Below are positions 26,219 to 34,341 of a stretch of DNA of 64,000 nucleotides, in pieces. A program made the position numbers and the translations under genes. The notes under the pieces are model-generated. The model saw only the letters and a program-made list of their open reading frames with translations. It searched no databases and had not been told where the DNA came from. This DNA comes from a virus (taxonomy: Duplodnaviria > Caudoviricetes). The DNA lies in IMG/VR virus record IMGVR_UViG_3300021255_002891, positions 1 to 64,000 of that record; one strand, 5' to 3'. The stretch's first letter is position 1, and each line of letters starts with the position of its first letter.

Positions 26219-27256
26219 ATGAAACAAGAACTTGAAAAGTTATACAACATATTAACAGTTTTCCTAGGAGAGGCAAAGAATGGGTTTGATGAAAACACCT
26301 ACCAATACCAATTCCCTTGCCCTAAGTGCATTGATAGGGATGGTATTATGGAAGCTAGGAAATACAACCTAGAGGTCAACATTCAGAAGCAAGTCTTCCA
26401 ATGTTGGAAATGCTCATCAATGGAAGATGACATGAAAGGTTCTATCACGAAACTAATCAGAATGTACGGAAATGAAAAGCTTCTTTCAGAATACAAGGAA
26501 ATCATACGTTCAATTAGGGAAAGCGAATTGTACAAGCTCCATTTCAGTGATAGTGACTTCAATATAGACACTTCCATAATAGAAAAGGAAGACTTGAAAT
26601 TTCCACCAAGCTTCAAACTGTTCAAAAAAGACGGCAAAAACAACTATGGTGCATTGAAATACCTTCAAAACAGAGGAATCGATTGGAACATCATAGAACA
26701 ATACAAAATAGGCTTTACCGAAAGGGAAGAAGATGATAAGATGAGAAAGTATTCATATAGGGTCATTATACCGTCATATAACGCCCTAGGAGAGCTTAAT
26801 TATTGGGTGGGTAGGGATTACCTACCTACGTCAGATAAATTCGCTCTGAGGACAAAATATGCGAATCCTCAAGTAAAGAAAACTGAAATCATATTCAATG
26901 AAGAGAAGATTAATTGGGATGCCGACATCACATTGGTTGAAGGTGCTTTCGACCATATTGTAGTTCCAAATTCAATTGCGTTGTTGGGTAAGGCACTAGA
27001 CAAGGATTATAAGTTATATTGGGAATTAATTACTAAAGCTAATGCAAACGTGAATATATTTTTAGATAATGATATTAAAGATAATGGAAAAGAAATATAT
27101 GCATTATTAAATCATGGTAGACTATATAATAAAATCAGATATATATATTCAGATTTAGGGAAAGACCCAAGTGAAATTTATCAAGAATATGGCTACAAGG
27201 GAATAATCAAATGCTTACGAAATGCTAAACAAATTGAAGAGGTTTATTTACAATAA
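26219..27256 (+). CDS. DNA primase (zinc finger plus TOPRIM)
   Basis: CPKC...CWKC zinc finger, RVIIP, LVEGAFD and FLDND TOPRIM motifs. Start moved from 25994 to the ATG at 26219. Confidence 0.9.
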   Translation: MKQELEKLYNILTVFLGEAKNGFDENTYQYQFPCPKCIDRDGIMEARKYNLEVNIQKQVFQCWKCSSMEDDMKGSITKLIRMYGNEKLLSEYKEIIRSIRESELYKLHFSDSDFNIDTSIIEKEDLKFPPSFKLFKKDGKNNYGALKYLQNRGIDWNIIEQYKIGFTEREEDDKMRKYSYRVIIPSYNALGELNYWVGRDYLPTSDKFALRTKYANPQVKKTEIIFNEEKINWDADITLVEGAFDHIVVPNSIALLGKALDKDYKLYWELITKANANVNIFLDNDIKDNGKEIYALLNHGRLYNKIRYIYSDLGKDPSEIYQEYGYKGIIKCLRNAKQIEEVYLQ

Positions 27257-27262
27257 CATACT

Positions 27263-27294
27263 AAAGGAGTATCCATTAATTTGGATGCTCCTTT
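27263..27294. terminator. bidirectional terminator
   Basis: AAAGGAGTATCCA-TTAATT-TGGATGCTCCTTT between convergent genes. Confidence 0.75.
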
Positions 27295-27692
27295 GTCAAG
27301 TATTCTCTAAAATTATTCACTCTATGCTCAAACATTTCGTCTGTTATCATTATATCTTCTTTGCCTTCCATTTCAGCTTCTCTAAATAAGTTATCAATGT
27401 CTTCATCTGTGACAAATTTTCTATTTAACTTGTCACAAATCCTTAGCATACATATACCACCACCATAAGAGTATCTTCCCTCAAACCTTGTTATTGTTAT
27501 GTCATCTTCTGATAATGGATTTTCTTCATCTTGATAAAAACGTAAAACGCCAACAGCACTATCATATTCACTATCTTCAACCATAAATGAATATGCTGAC
27601 TCTTTTACATCCTCCATGTTAATGACTTTAAATCCGTTTTCTCTAAGTTCCCTAATCTTTATTGGGATGTTTAAAACATATGTTACACTCAT
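27276..27692 (-). CDS. hypothetical protein
   Basis: 138-aa ORF. Confidence 0.7.
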   Translation of the reverse strand: MSVTYVLNIPIKIRELRENGFKVINMEDVKESAYSFMVEDSEYDSAVGVLRFYQDEENPLSEDDITITRFEGRYSYGGGICMLRICDKLNRKFVTDEDIDNLFREAEMEGKEDIMITDEMFEHRVNNFREYLTKEHPN

Positions 27693-27822
27693 ATTTTGTT
27701 TCTTTTAAAAAAATTATTTTATCTAGTAAAATGTTCTAATAACACTGACCTTTAAAATATAAAAATTATATTATAAAAACCAAGCATAAAACCATATTTT
27801 ATTATAAACATACTTTAAAAAT

Positions 27823-27854
27823 AAAAAAATGCAGCCATTTCTGACTGCATTTTA
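27823..27854 (-). terminator. Rho-independent terminator
   Basis: AAAAATGCAGCCA-TTTC-TGACTGCATTTTT. Confidence 0.75.
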
Positions 27855-27879
27855 TAAATTATTTGTGCCAACTGCGATG

Positions 27880-28260
27880 TTATTGCCTTAAATAATTTCC
27901 ATATTTCTCACATTTCATTTTCAAATCCTCAAAATATTTCATTGCCTCTTCATTGGTACTGAATTTTGCATATACATTGCTATCTGCATTATTGCAGCAT
28001 ACATCAACCCTTGCCTTGTAATATAATTTATAACCTATTGGAACAACATAGTCATCCTCCCAAAAATGACATAGATTTAAAAAGGCGTTTTTTACTGTCG
28101 TAAAACGGCACAAGCGACAAGGGTTCTCATTCTTATATAAGTTATGCCTAGCACGAAGTGGGATGAGTGGGATAAGTCCGAACAATTTCCAATAATAAAG
28201 TTTACCTTTTGGAACTGCCAACTCAATTCCGCCAATTTCCTTCAATGGAGTAAACTTCAT
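27880..28260 (-). CDS. hypothetical protein (probably N-terminally truncated by a homopolymer indel)
   Basis: 126-aa ORF; the frame stays open upstream as far as the A6 run at 28314-28319. Confidence 0.6.
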   Translation of the reverse strand: MKFTPLKEIGGIELAVPKGKLYYWKLFGLIPLIPLRARHNLYKNENPCRLCRFTTVKNAFLNLCHFWEDDYVVPIGYKLYYKARVDVCCNNADSNVYAKFSTNEEAMKYFEDLKMKCEKYGNYLRQ

Positions 28261-28424
28261 GTTCTTAACACTCTCATAAAATACTTTTCCCTCAACCTTA
28301 ATTGGCTGATAAGTTTTTTACGCTAATTGACTGATAATTTTTCATATTATTTTATTTTTTTATTAATGTATAAATGCACAAAAATAAGCTTTACTATTAA
28401 CATTGGTCACCCATTTCATTTTAC

Positions 28425-28688
28425 TTATGCTCCTGGTGCAAATCTATAGTCATTGTCTTCATACCAATCACCTGGTCCAAGCTCATTAGACTGTGAAATA
28501 TTATGACTACAAGAGTGCTCAGAGGTTTTATGCCCAAGTTCATCCATTGGAATTCCAAGTTCATCCATAAGTCCCTCAGTTGTTTTTCTTGCTGCGTTAG
28601 CAAGTGCTTCTACCATACATTGAAAAACACAACATTTTTTGCTTGGTATAAAAGCATTTGTCAAACCAAATAATTTACCTGTAATCAT
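28425..28688 (-). CDS. hypothetical protein
   Basis: 87-aa ORF with short xDELG repeats. Confidence 0.5.
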   Translation of the reverse strand: MITGKLFGLTNAFIPSKKCCVFQCMVEALANAARKTTEGLMDELGIPMDELGHKTSEHSCSHNISQSNELGPGDWYEDNDYRFAPGA

Positions 28689-28717
28689 ATTTATCTATAT
28701 TATGTTATTGCCTTTAT

Positions 28718-29332
28718 TTATACTTCGTAGCCTTTTAATTTTAACATAAATTCTTCTACTGCTGTACTCAACTCATATATAGATAATGAATTGAATTTTT
28801 TGTGCGAGTCATAATCTTCACTTAGCACAAAATAATGCCTATTTTTTATATCTAAAATTATATTGAACAATAAATCAATGTCTGTAACACTTTCCAAATT
28901 TAACGTGCAACCATTCGTTAATATTAATTTATGACAATTCAATCTTGACCAAGTTAAGCTATTAGAGTGCTTTATTTGATGCGCATTTGCAATAAATTGC
29001 TTTGGCTTTTCGCCAAACCCAACTTTTTTAAATATTTCTTGTATATATTCTACCATTTCTTCTGCATATGTAGAAATCAAGTAATCTGCTTTCAAAGTTA
29101 ATAATTTTTTATACTTTTCGGCATCTTCCTCATTGTTAAAAACGTCACAAACTCTGCAAAACGGCCTCGTTCTGTCAGCACACTCAATATCGCACTTTGT
29201 AAATGAATTGAGACTTGACTGTCTTACTGTAACGTTTTCATACTCATCAACTAACACTTTTGGCTTGCGATAAACATCCATAGAAAGATGAACATACCAC
29301 ACTTTTTCATACTTTTCATTAAAACGTACCAT
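28718..29332 (-). CDS. hypothetical protein
   Basis: 204-aa ORF. Confidence 0.7.
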   Translation of the reverse strand: MVRFNEKYEKVWYVHLSMDVYRKPKVLVDEYENVTVRQSSLNSFTKCDIECADRTRPFCRVCDVFNNEEDAEKYKKLLTLKADYLISTYAEEMVEYIQEIFKKVGFGEKPKQFIANAHQIKHSNSLTWSRLNCHKLILTNGCTLNLESVTDIDLLFNIILDIKNRHYFVLSEDYDSHKKFNSLSIYELSTAVEEFMLKLKGYEV

Positions 29333-29365
29333 AATTTTTATATTTATAATTAAATTTTTTATCTA

Positions 29366-29575
29366 TTAGGAAGTTAGCGTTTCATCAAACTTATATTCGA
29401 TGATAAGCTTTAACATCTTACTATTCTCTGTCTTCATTTCAATTAGGCCATCACAAGCGAATGGATGCTTAATATTATCGGTGAAATACAGAGAAATTCC
29501 CTTATTATAAACATCCTCAACTTCTCTCTCAATTACTGCACTTTTAATCTGATTGTAAAACTTACTTGTTGCCAT
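29366..29575 (-). pseudogene. truncated PD-(D/E)xK nuclease (restriction-enzyme-like N-terminal fragment)
   Basis: EREVEDVY...ACDGLI...LIIEYK pattern ends abruptly six residues later at TAA TAG. Confidence 0.5.
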
Positions 29576-29601
29576 ATATTTTCTTTGTTTATTTTACGTT
29601 G

Positions 29602-29632
29602 CAAATATACGACAAAAAAATGGATTGACAAA
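29602..29632 (-). promoter_or_regulatory. Bacteroidota sigma-A promoter
   Basis: Minus strand TTTG (29629-29632), 19 nt, TATATTTG (29602-29609). Confidence 0.8.
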
Positions 29633-29723
29633 ATTAACCAATCCATTTCTATTAAATACTTAACATATTTTAATAAAAAGTTAAAGCAACTATATAGGAT
29701 TTGACCCCAAATAGTTTACATTG

Positions 29724-29846
29724 TTATAATATAAATTCAAAAAATGGTATTCCATCTTTCCCAATAAGCCAAACAACCTTAGTATATGGTACATCTTTTT
29801 CAACCGATGACCATGTTAAACCCATATCTCTATATACGCTTTCCAT
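29724..29846 (-). CDS. 40-aa hypothetical protein
   Basis: Manual translation MESVYRDMGLTWSSVEKDVPYTKVVWLIGKDGIPFFEFIL, immediately after the endolysin. Confidence 0.5.
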   Translation of the reverse strand: MESVYRDMGLTWSSVEKDVPYTKVVWLIGKDGIPFFEFIL

Positions 29847-29851
29847 AATTA

Positions 29852-30499
29852 TTATTTTTTCAAAGAGTTAAGATAATCTAGAATTCCTTCAATATGAGTC
29901 CTAACTGTAGCATGTACACCTATAGTTGAAGTTAAATACTCCAAGTCATCCTTGTTGTCATAGAAGAAATTCTCAGTCAATACTGCTGGACACTTTGATT
30001 TCTTGATGATATAGAAATCAGCTTCCTTATCCCTATCACCGTCAGTCCAATCAGTTCTTATTTTCCTACCTTCAAAGTTCTTTTCAGCCCTTTTGTAAAG
30101 ATACTCAGCAAGTGTATCTGACTTAGTTTTACCTCTTGTTGTATAAGCTTCCCATCCTTTTGCATTCATCCAGTCATTTCCAAGACCAACTGCATTAGAA
30201 TGAATTGACACCAATATTACATTACTAGCCCCATACTTATTGCATAATGTATTGACCCTTCTAACTCTTTCAGAAAGCGAAATATCTGTGTCTTCAGGAA
30301 CCAACAACCTTGCATCATAACCATAGGCTTTCAATTCTTCAACAACATCGTCTGCTATGACTCTGTTGTATTTCCACTCACGGAATCTTCCCTTATTGGT
30401 AAACTCTGCATCAATTTTCATGTCACTCTCTAATAAAGGACTGAATTTTCCGTTCTGCTCTGTATTAGAGCCATGTCCATTGTCAATTAGTATAATCAT
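29852..30499 (-). CDS. N-acetylmuramoyl-L-alanine amidase (Amidase_3), probable endolysin
   Basis: ILIDNGHG, REWKYNR, LSERVRRVN, VSIHSNA, AVLTENFFYDN. Start set at MIILID (30499), with TATTTATA 21 nt upstream. Confidence 0.93.
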   Translation of the reverse strand: MIILIDNGHGSNTEQNGKFSPLLESDMKIDAEFTNKGRFREWKYNRVIADDVVEELKAYGYDARLLVPEDTDISLSERVRRVNTLCNKYGASNVILVSIHSNAVGLGNDWMNAKGWEAYTTRGKTKSDTLAEYLYKRAEKNFEGRKIRTDWTDGDRDKEADFYIIKKSKCPAVLTENFFYDNKDDLEYLTSTIGVHATVRTHIEGILDYLNSLKK

Positions 30500-30528
30500 A
30501 ATTTTTTTATATTTTATTATTATAAATA

Positions 30529-30560
30529 TTTGCATTTTAACATTATTTTACATATCTTTG
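30529..30560 (+). promoter_or_regulatory. Bacteroidota sigma-A promoter for the Mre11/gp47 gene
   Basis: TTTG (30529-30532), 20 nt, TATCTTTG (30553-30560). Confidence 0.85.
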
Positions 30561-30575
30561 CAGAAAGTTTAAAAT

Positions 30576-31394
30576 ATGATAAAATGCGTAATACATTGCA
30601 GCGATATTCACATAAGGAACTTCCAAAGACTTTCAGAATACGCTGAACAGCTTACAAAATTTGTGGAAAAGTGTAATGAAATTGCACAAAACTATGAAAG
30701 GGAAGAAATAAGAATTGTGGTTGCTGGAGACTTGGTACATCAGAAAAACAATATTTCAAACGAACTAATGACTTTCAGCAGTTTCTTTCTAAGACAATTA
30801 GAAGAAATAGCCGATGTAATAGTTATAGCTGGAAATCACGACCTTTTAGTAAACAACACCTCAAGAACCGACACATTGACGGCATTGTTTGACACTGCTA
30901 ACTTTACAAACTGTAAGTTCTTTGACGGAATGCTTAACTATGAAAGCGGAATTATAGAGGACGAAAACATCACATGGGTACTATACTCAATATACAACGG
31001 ATATAAAGCTCCTGACATCAGTGAAATCAACAGAGAAGGTAAAACGGTTATAGGGCTGTATCATGGAATGGTTGACGGTGCTAGTCTTAACAACGGAAGC
31101 GTTGTGGACAACGGAGTTGAAGGGTCTTTGTTTGAAGGGTGCGATTTTGTTATGGCTGGTGACATTCATAAACGACAAGTCCTCAAAAGAGGTGATTGTG
31201 AAATAGTATATCCAGGTTCTCTTATCCAACAGACATTCGGTGAAACGGTATCACAACATGGTTTTGTTGTTTGGGACATGGAAAATCTAACATATGAATT
31301 CGTTGATTTGGAAACGGATTATGGATTATATGACATTGAAATTGAATCTATAGATGATATAGACGAAGACAAAGAAAAACTGATTAACTTTTAA
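30576..31394 (+). CDS. Mre11/SbcD (T4 gp47-like) metallophosphoesterase nuclease
   Basis: HCSDIH, VAGDLVH, AGNHD, LYHG, AGDIH, YPGSLIQQTFGE. Confidence 0.9.
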   Translation: MIKCVIHCSDIHIRNFQRLSEYAEQLTKFVEKCNEIAQNYEREEIRIVVAGDLVHQKNNISNELMTFSSFFLRQLEEIADVIVIAGNHDLLVNNTSRTDTLTALFDTANFTNCKFFDGMLNYESGIIEDENITWVLYSIYNGYKAPDISEINREGKTVIGLYHGMVDGASLNNGSVVDNGVEGSLFEGCDFVMAGDIHKRQVLKRGDCEIVYPGSLIQQTFGETVSQHGFVVWDMENLTYEFVDLETDYGLYDIEIESIDDIDEDKEKLINF

Positions 31395-31396
31395 GG

Positions 31397-32005
31397 TTAA
31401 TCAGTTTTTATTATTTCTATAGTTCCGTTTGAATTATGCTTTAATGCAATTGTTAATTTGTTTTTTGATTTTTCTTGAGTAATAATAATCAAAAATTTAA
31501 ATTCAAAACCACTTTCTTCTTCAGAAACTATATTGAGCTTAGTTTTAGTATATGATACATTCAAATTATAAGGCTTTCCGTCATATTCAACACTCCAAGG
31601 ATGATTTTTTCCATTGACTTTTGACACTACATTAATTTTTATTGTTTCTGATTCTGTTGTAACTTTTCCTAGTTTAAATGTATACACCTTTTCTTTAATA
31701 GCTTCTTGATTAGGAAGTATTTTTATTAAAATGGAATCTTTTTTACTATTTTTTAAAGTCACTAATGCTTCATTTTTAAAAGTTTCAAGATTATTAATTT
31801 TAATTGTTAATCTATTCCTATAGTCAGTATAATATGAAACCCCCCCACCATTAGCAAACGAAACAGACCATGATAAAAACATATCACCATCAAAAGATTC
31901 AACGTTCAATATATATTCATCATCAAATGATTGGTTTAAATCTAAAATATATTCTTTTATTGCATTATTAACTTTAATCATATAACTAAATGTTATGGAC
32001 AACAA
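31397..32005 (-). CDS. beta-rich hypothetical protein, probably virion-associated
   Basis: 202-aa ORF at the end of the structural operon. Confidence 0.6.
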   Translation of the reverse strand: MLSITFSYMIKVNNAIKEYILDLNQSFDDEYILNVESFDGDMFLSWSVSFANGGGVSYYTDYRNRLTIKINNLETFKNEALVTLKNSKKDSILIKILPNQEAIKEKVYTFKLGKVTTESETIKINVVSKVNGKNHPWSVEYDGKPYNLNVSYTKTKLNIVSEEESGFEFKFLIIITQEKSKNKLTIALKHNSNGTIEIIKTD

Positions 32006-34341
32006 ACAGAACTATCTGTTTGTTTTATTCTTACATTTCTTATTTCTCCAGTAGGTATCCACTCGCCATGCTCATCTTGTATTTCTTCACGTTCAAATTC
32101 ATAGAGGTTACAATCTGCACTACCCAATTTAAATGCAACTGTTCCACCATTGTAATCCATCATATCAGAACCACTTTGAATTGTTAAGCTACAATTACAA
32201 GTTTCTTTTACAACTTCACAACATCCTGTGTCAGCAGTCCATCTACTTGCAACTTCTCCGTTTAATTCTTTCATTTCGCCACACCAAATGCTAATTGTTG
32301 ATGGGTTAAATGTATAACCAACCCTATATGGTTCTGCCACCAAATAACGAGTAGTTACACTAGTTGAATATACTGCAATTCCATCCAAAACTGTTATTGT
32401 ACCTAACAATGTCTTCGGAGTAGTTTCTGGATTATAAAATTTAACGCTAGTTGCATTTGTTTTTAATGTAACTGTACATACATAACCGCATTCAGTTGAA
32501 TTTTCTTGAATAAGTCCACCAAGTCTAGTTTCAACTGGATTAGATGTATGCCAAATTAAATTATCATCCTCATCATAATCGCCATATGAAACTTCTTTAA
32601 CTTCATTGTTGTGTAAATTTACCCCATCGCAAGTAGTTCCACTAACAACCCATCTAGTTAATTGTCCTTCTGGTACAGGGCAACAAATAGGACTTTCTTC
32701 TTCAATAACTTTTCTTTCGCCAATTTCTTTTGTATCTGGATGTCTTATCTCACCAGTAGGCTTCCAATTTTCATTAATTGGGTCATACTTATATTCTTTT
32801 TCATAAGCATAATAGCCACAATCACTATTACCTACAGCAAATGAAACTGTTCCGCCATAAAACTCCATCATTTCTTGTCCACTTTCAACTGTTAAACTAC
32901 AGTTACAATCGTCACTTTCACAGCACCCTTCATAATATTCCCATTTATTATCTGGCAACACTCCACAACAAACTGTATACGGTGGTTCATTTCCTTCCCA
33001 AGCTGAATGTTCTGGACTTTTCTTATCTTCAGGTTCCTCTCTTTCCCACTTCTCATAGGCAAGTATATAAGCTTCACAAGCTGTTGATGGATATAACACT
33101 CCATTAACAGTATGATGTTCCCTACTTTCGCCACTCCATACGTAGTAGCCATCACTTGCCTCCATCCAAGCAGCATAAGCTTCATCTAAAACCTCGTATT
33201 CAGCATAAGTATCCCACCATTCTATGTGTTCTTTCCACCACTCTTGATGGTCAATTTCCCACTGAGGGTGCGCTACATCATGCCAATAGTTCCAATCTGT
33301 CTGCCATTGTGCATGGTCAATTTCCCATTGAGCATATGCTGCTTCATATTCTTCTTGAGTAACATATTGGTATCTCTTCGGCTCAACAGGCTCTATTGGC
33401 TCAATCGGTTCAATAGGCTCACTTTCAATCCATATCCTATATGACTCATAACACATTGGTGAATTTTGCCTTATAAGTGTGTCTCTATAATCGTCAGTCG
33501 TTTGCCAACATCTTTTTTCACTACAGCTGCACTCACTAGTAGGGGTGCATGTTTTTAATACCTCTTTTTGGAATCTGTCACAGTTCTCTTCATTACAAAA
33601 GTATTCAACAACAATCCATTTGCTTTGTTCTCTAGCATATCCACAATGTTCAGAATTAACCTCAATCAATTTTCTATCAACGCCACCAGTATTTTCCCAA
33701 ACACCTGTTTCTTTGTTTAAACGTTGTTGCGTCCTTATTTCGTAAAAATCAAATCCTGTACACCCAGTATTAGTAACCCACCTATATTCTCCATCTGGAG
33801 GAACATCGGTACAATCACTTGAATGAACTTCAAGCAATTCTTTATTTACTGCTCCAGTATATACATAACTTAATCCACCATCATAAGAAACTTTTTGTGC
33901 ATAAATTTTATACTTATCATATCCGATACATGTTGTGCCACTTTCATCCCATTTATATATAGGGGAGCTAGGTGAACCACAGCCACAATATGTTGAATTT
34001 GCCTCCACGAAATCGGTATATTCTATCCCAGTAGGTCTATAGTTCTCACCATTATCATACGACACGGTTTGAGAACTAACTATATATTTATCACATCCAG
34101 AGCAAGTATATCCTGTATCCCATTTATATATAGGAGGAGTTGGAGTAACAATTTCAGGGCAATCGCTAGAATTTTCTTCAGTAGTTATTTTTTGTGATAC
34201 AACTATCCATGACGCAAAATCATCATAAGACACTAACGTTTGCGATGTTGTTACCTTAGTCTGGCGTGACGCACTCCCACTCCTCAACTTGTTTTTCTTG
34301 TTTATTGCTTTGCTCATTATCTTTATAGTATATATCAACAA
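31993..34341 (-). CDS. Cys-rich repeat virion protein (tail fibre/appendage candidate)
   Basis: Five or more W-x(4-6)-C...VSYD.G...C repeats, a (PIE)n linker, a Trp-rich helical segment and a duplicated CC..CNCSLT module; start uncertain. Confidence 0.7.
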   Translation of the reverse strand: MLIYTIKIMSKAINKKNKLRSGSASRQTKVTTSQTLVSYDDFASWIVVSQKITTEENSSDCPEIVTPTPPIYKWDTGYTCSGCDKYIVSSQTVSYDNGENYRPTGIEYTDFVEANSTYCGCGSPSSPIYKWDESGTTCIGYDKYKIYAQKVSYDGGLSYVYTGAVNKELLEVHSSDCTDVPPDGEYRWVTNTGCTGFDFYEIRTQQRLNKETGVWENTGGVDRKLIEVNSEHCGYAREQSKWIVVEYFCNEENCDRFQKEVLKTCTPTSECSCSEKRCWQTTDDYRDTLIRQNSPMCYESYRIWIESEPIEPIEPIEPVEPKRYQYVTQEEYEAAYAQWEIDHAQWQTDWNYWHDVAHPQWEIDHQEWWKEHIEWWDTYAEYEVLDEAYAAWMEASDGYYVWSGESREHHTVNGVLYPSTACEAYILAYEKWEREEPEDKKSPEHSAWEGNEPPYTVCCGVLPDNKWEYYEGCCESDDCNCSLTVESGQEMMEFYGGTVSFAVGNSDCGYYAYEKEYKYDPINENWKPTGEIRHPDTKEIGERKVIEEESPICCPVPEGQLTRWVVSGTTCDGVNLHNNEVKEVSYGDYDEDDNLIWHTSNPVETRLGGLIQENSTECGYVCTVTLKTNATSVKFYNPETTPKTLLGTITVLDGIAVYSTSVTTRYLVAEPYRVGYTFNPSTISIWCGEMKELNGEVASRWTADTGCCEVVKETCNCSLTIQSGSDMMDYNGGTVAFKLGSADCNLYEFEREEIQDEHGEWIPTGEIRNVRIKQTDSSVCCP

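Noticed and set aside
33240-33345. Short direct repeats as a possible CRISPR array or DGR template/variable repeat
   Set aside because: There are only two in-frame copies encoding QWEIDH, no spacer periodicity, no adenine-specific mismatch pattern, and no cas or reverse transcriptase gene in the window.
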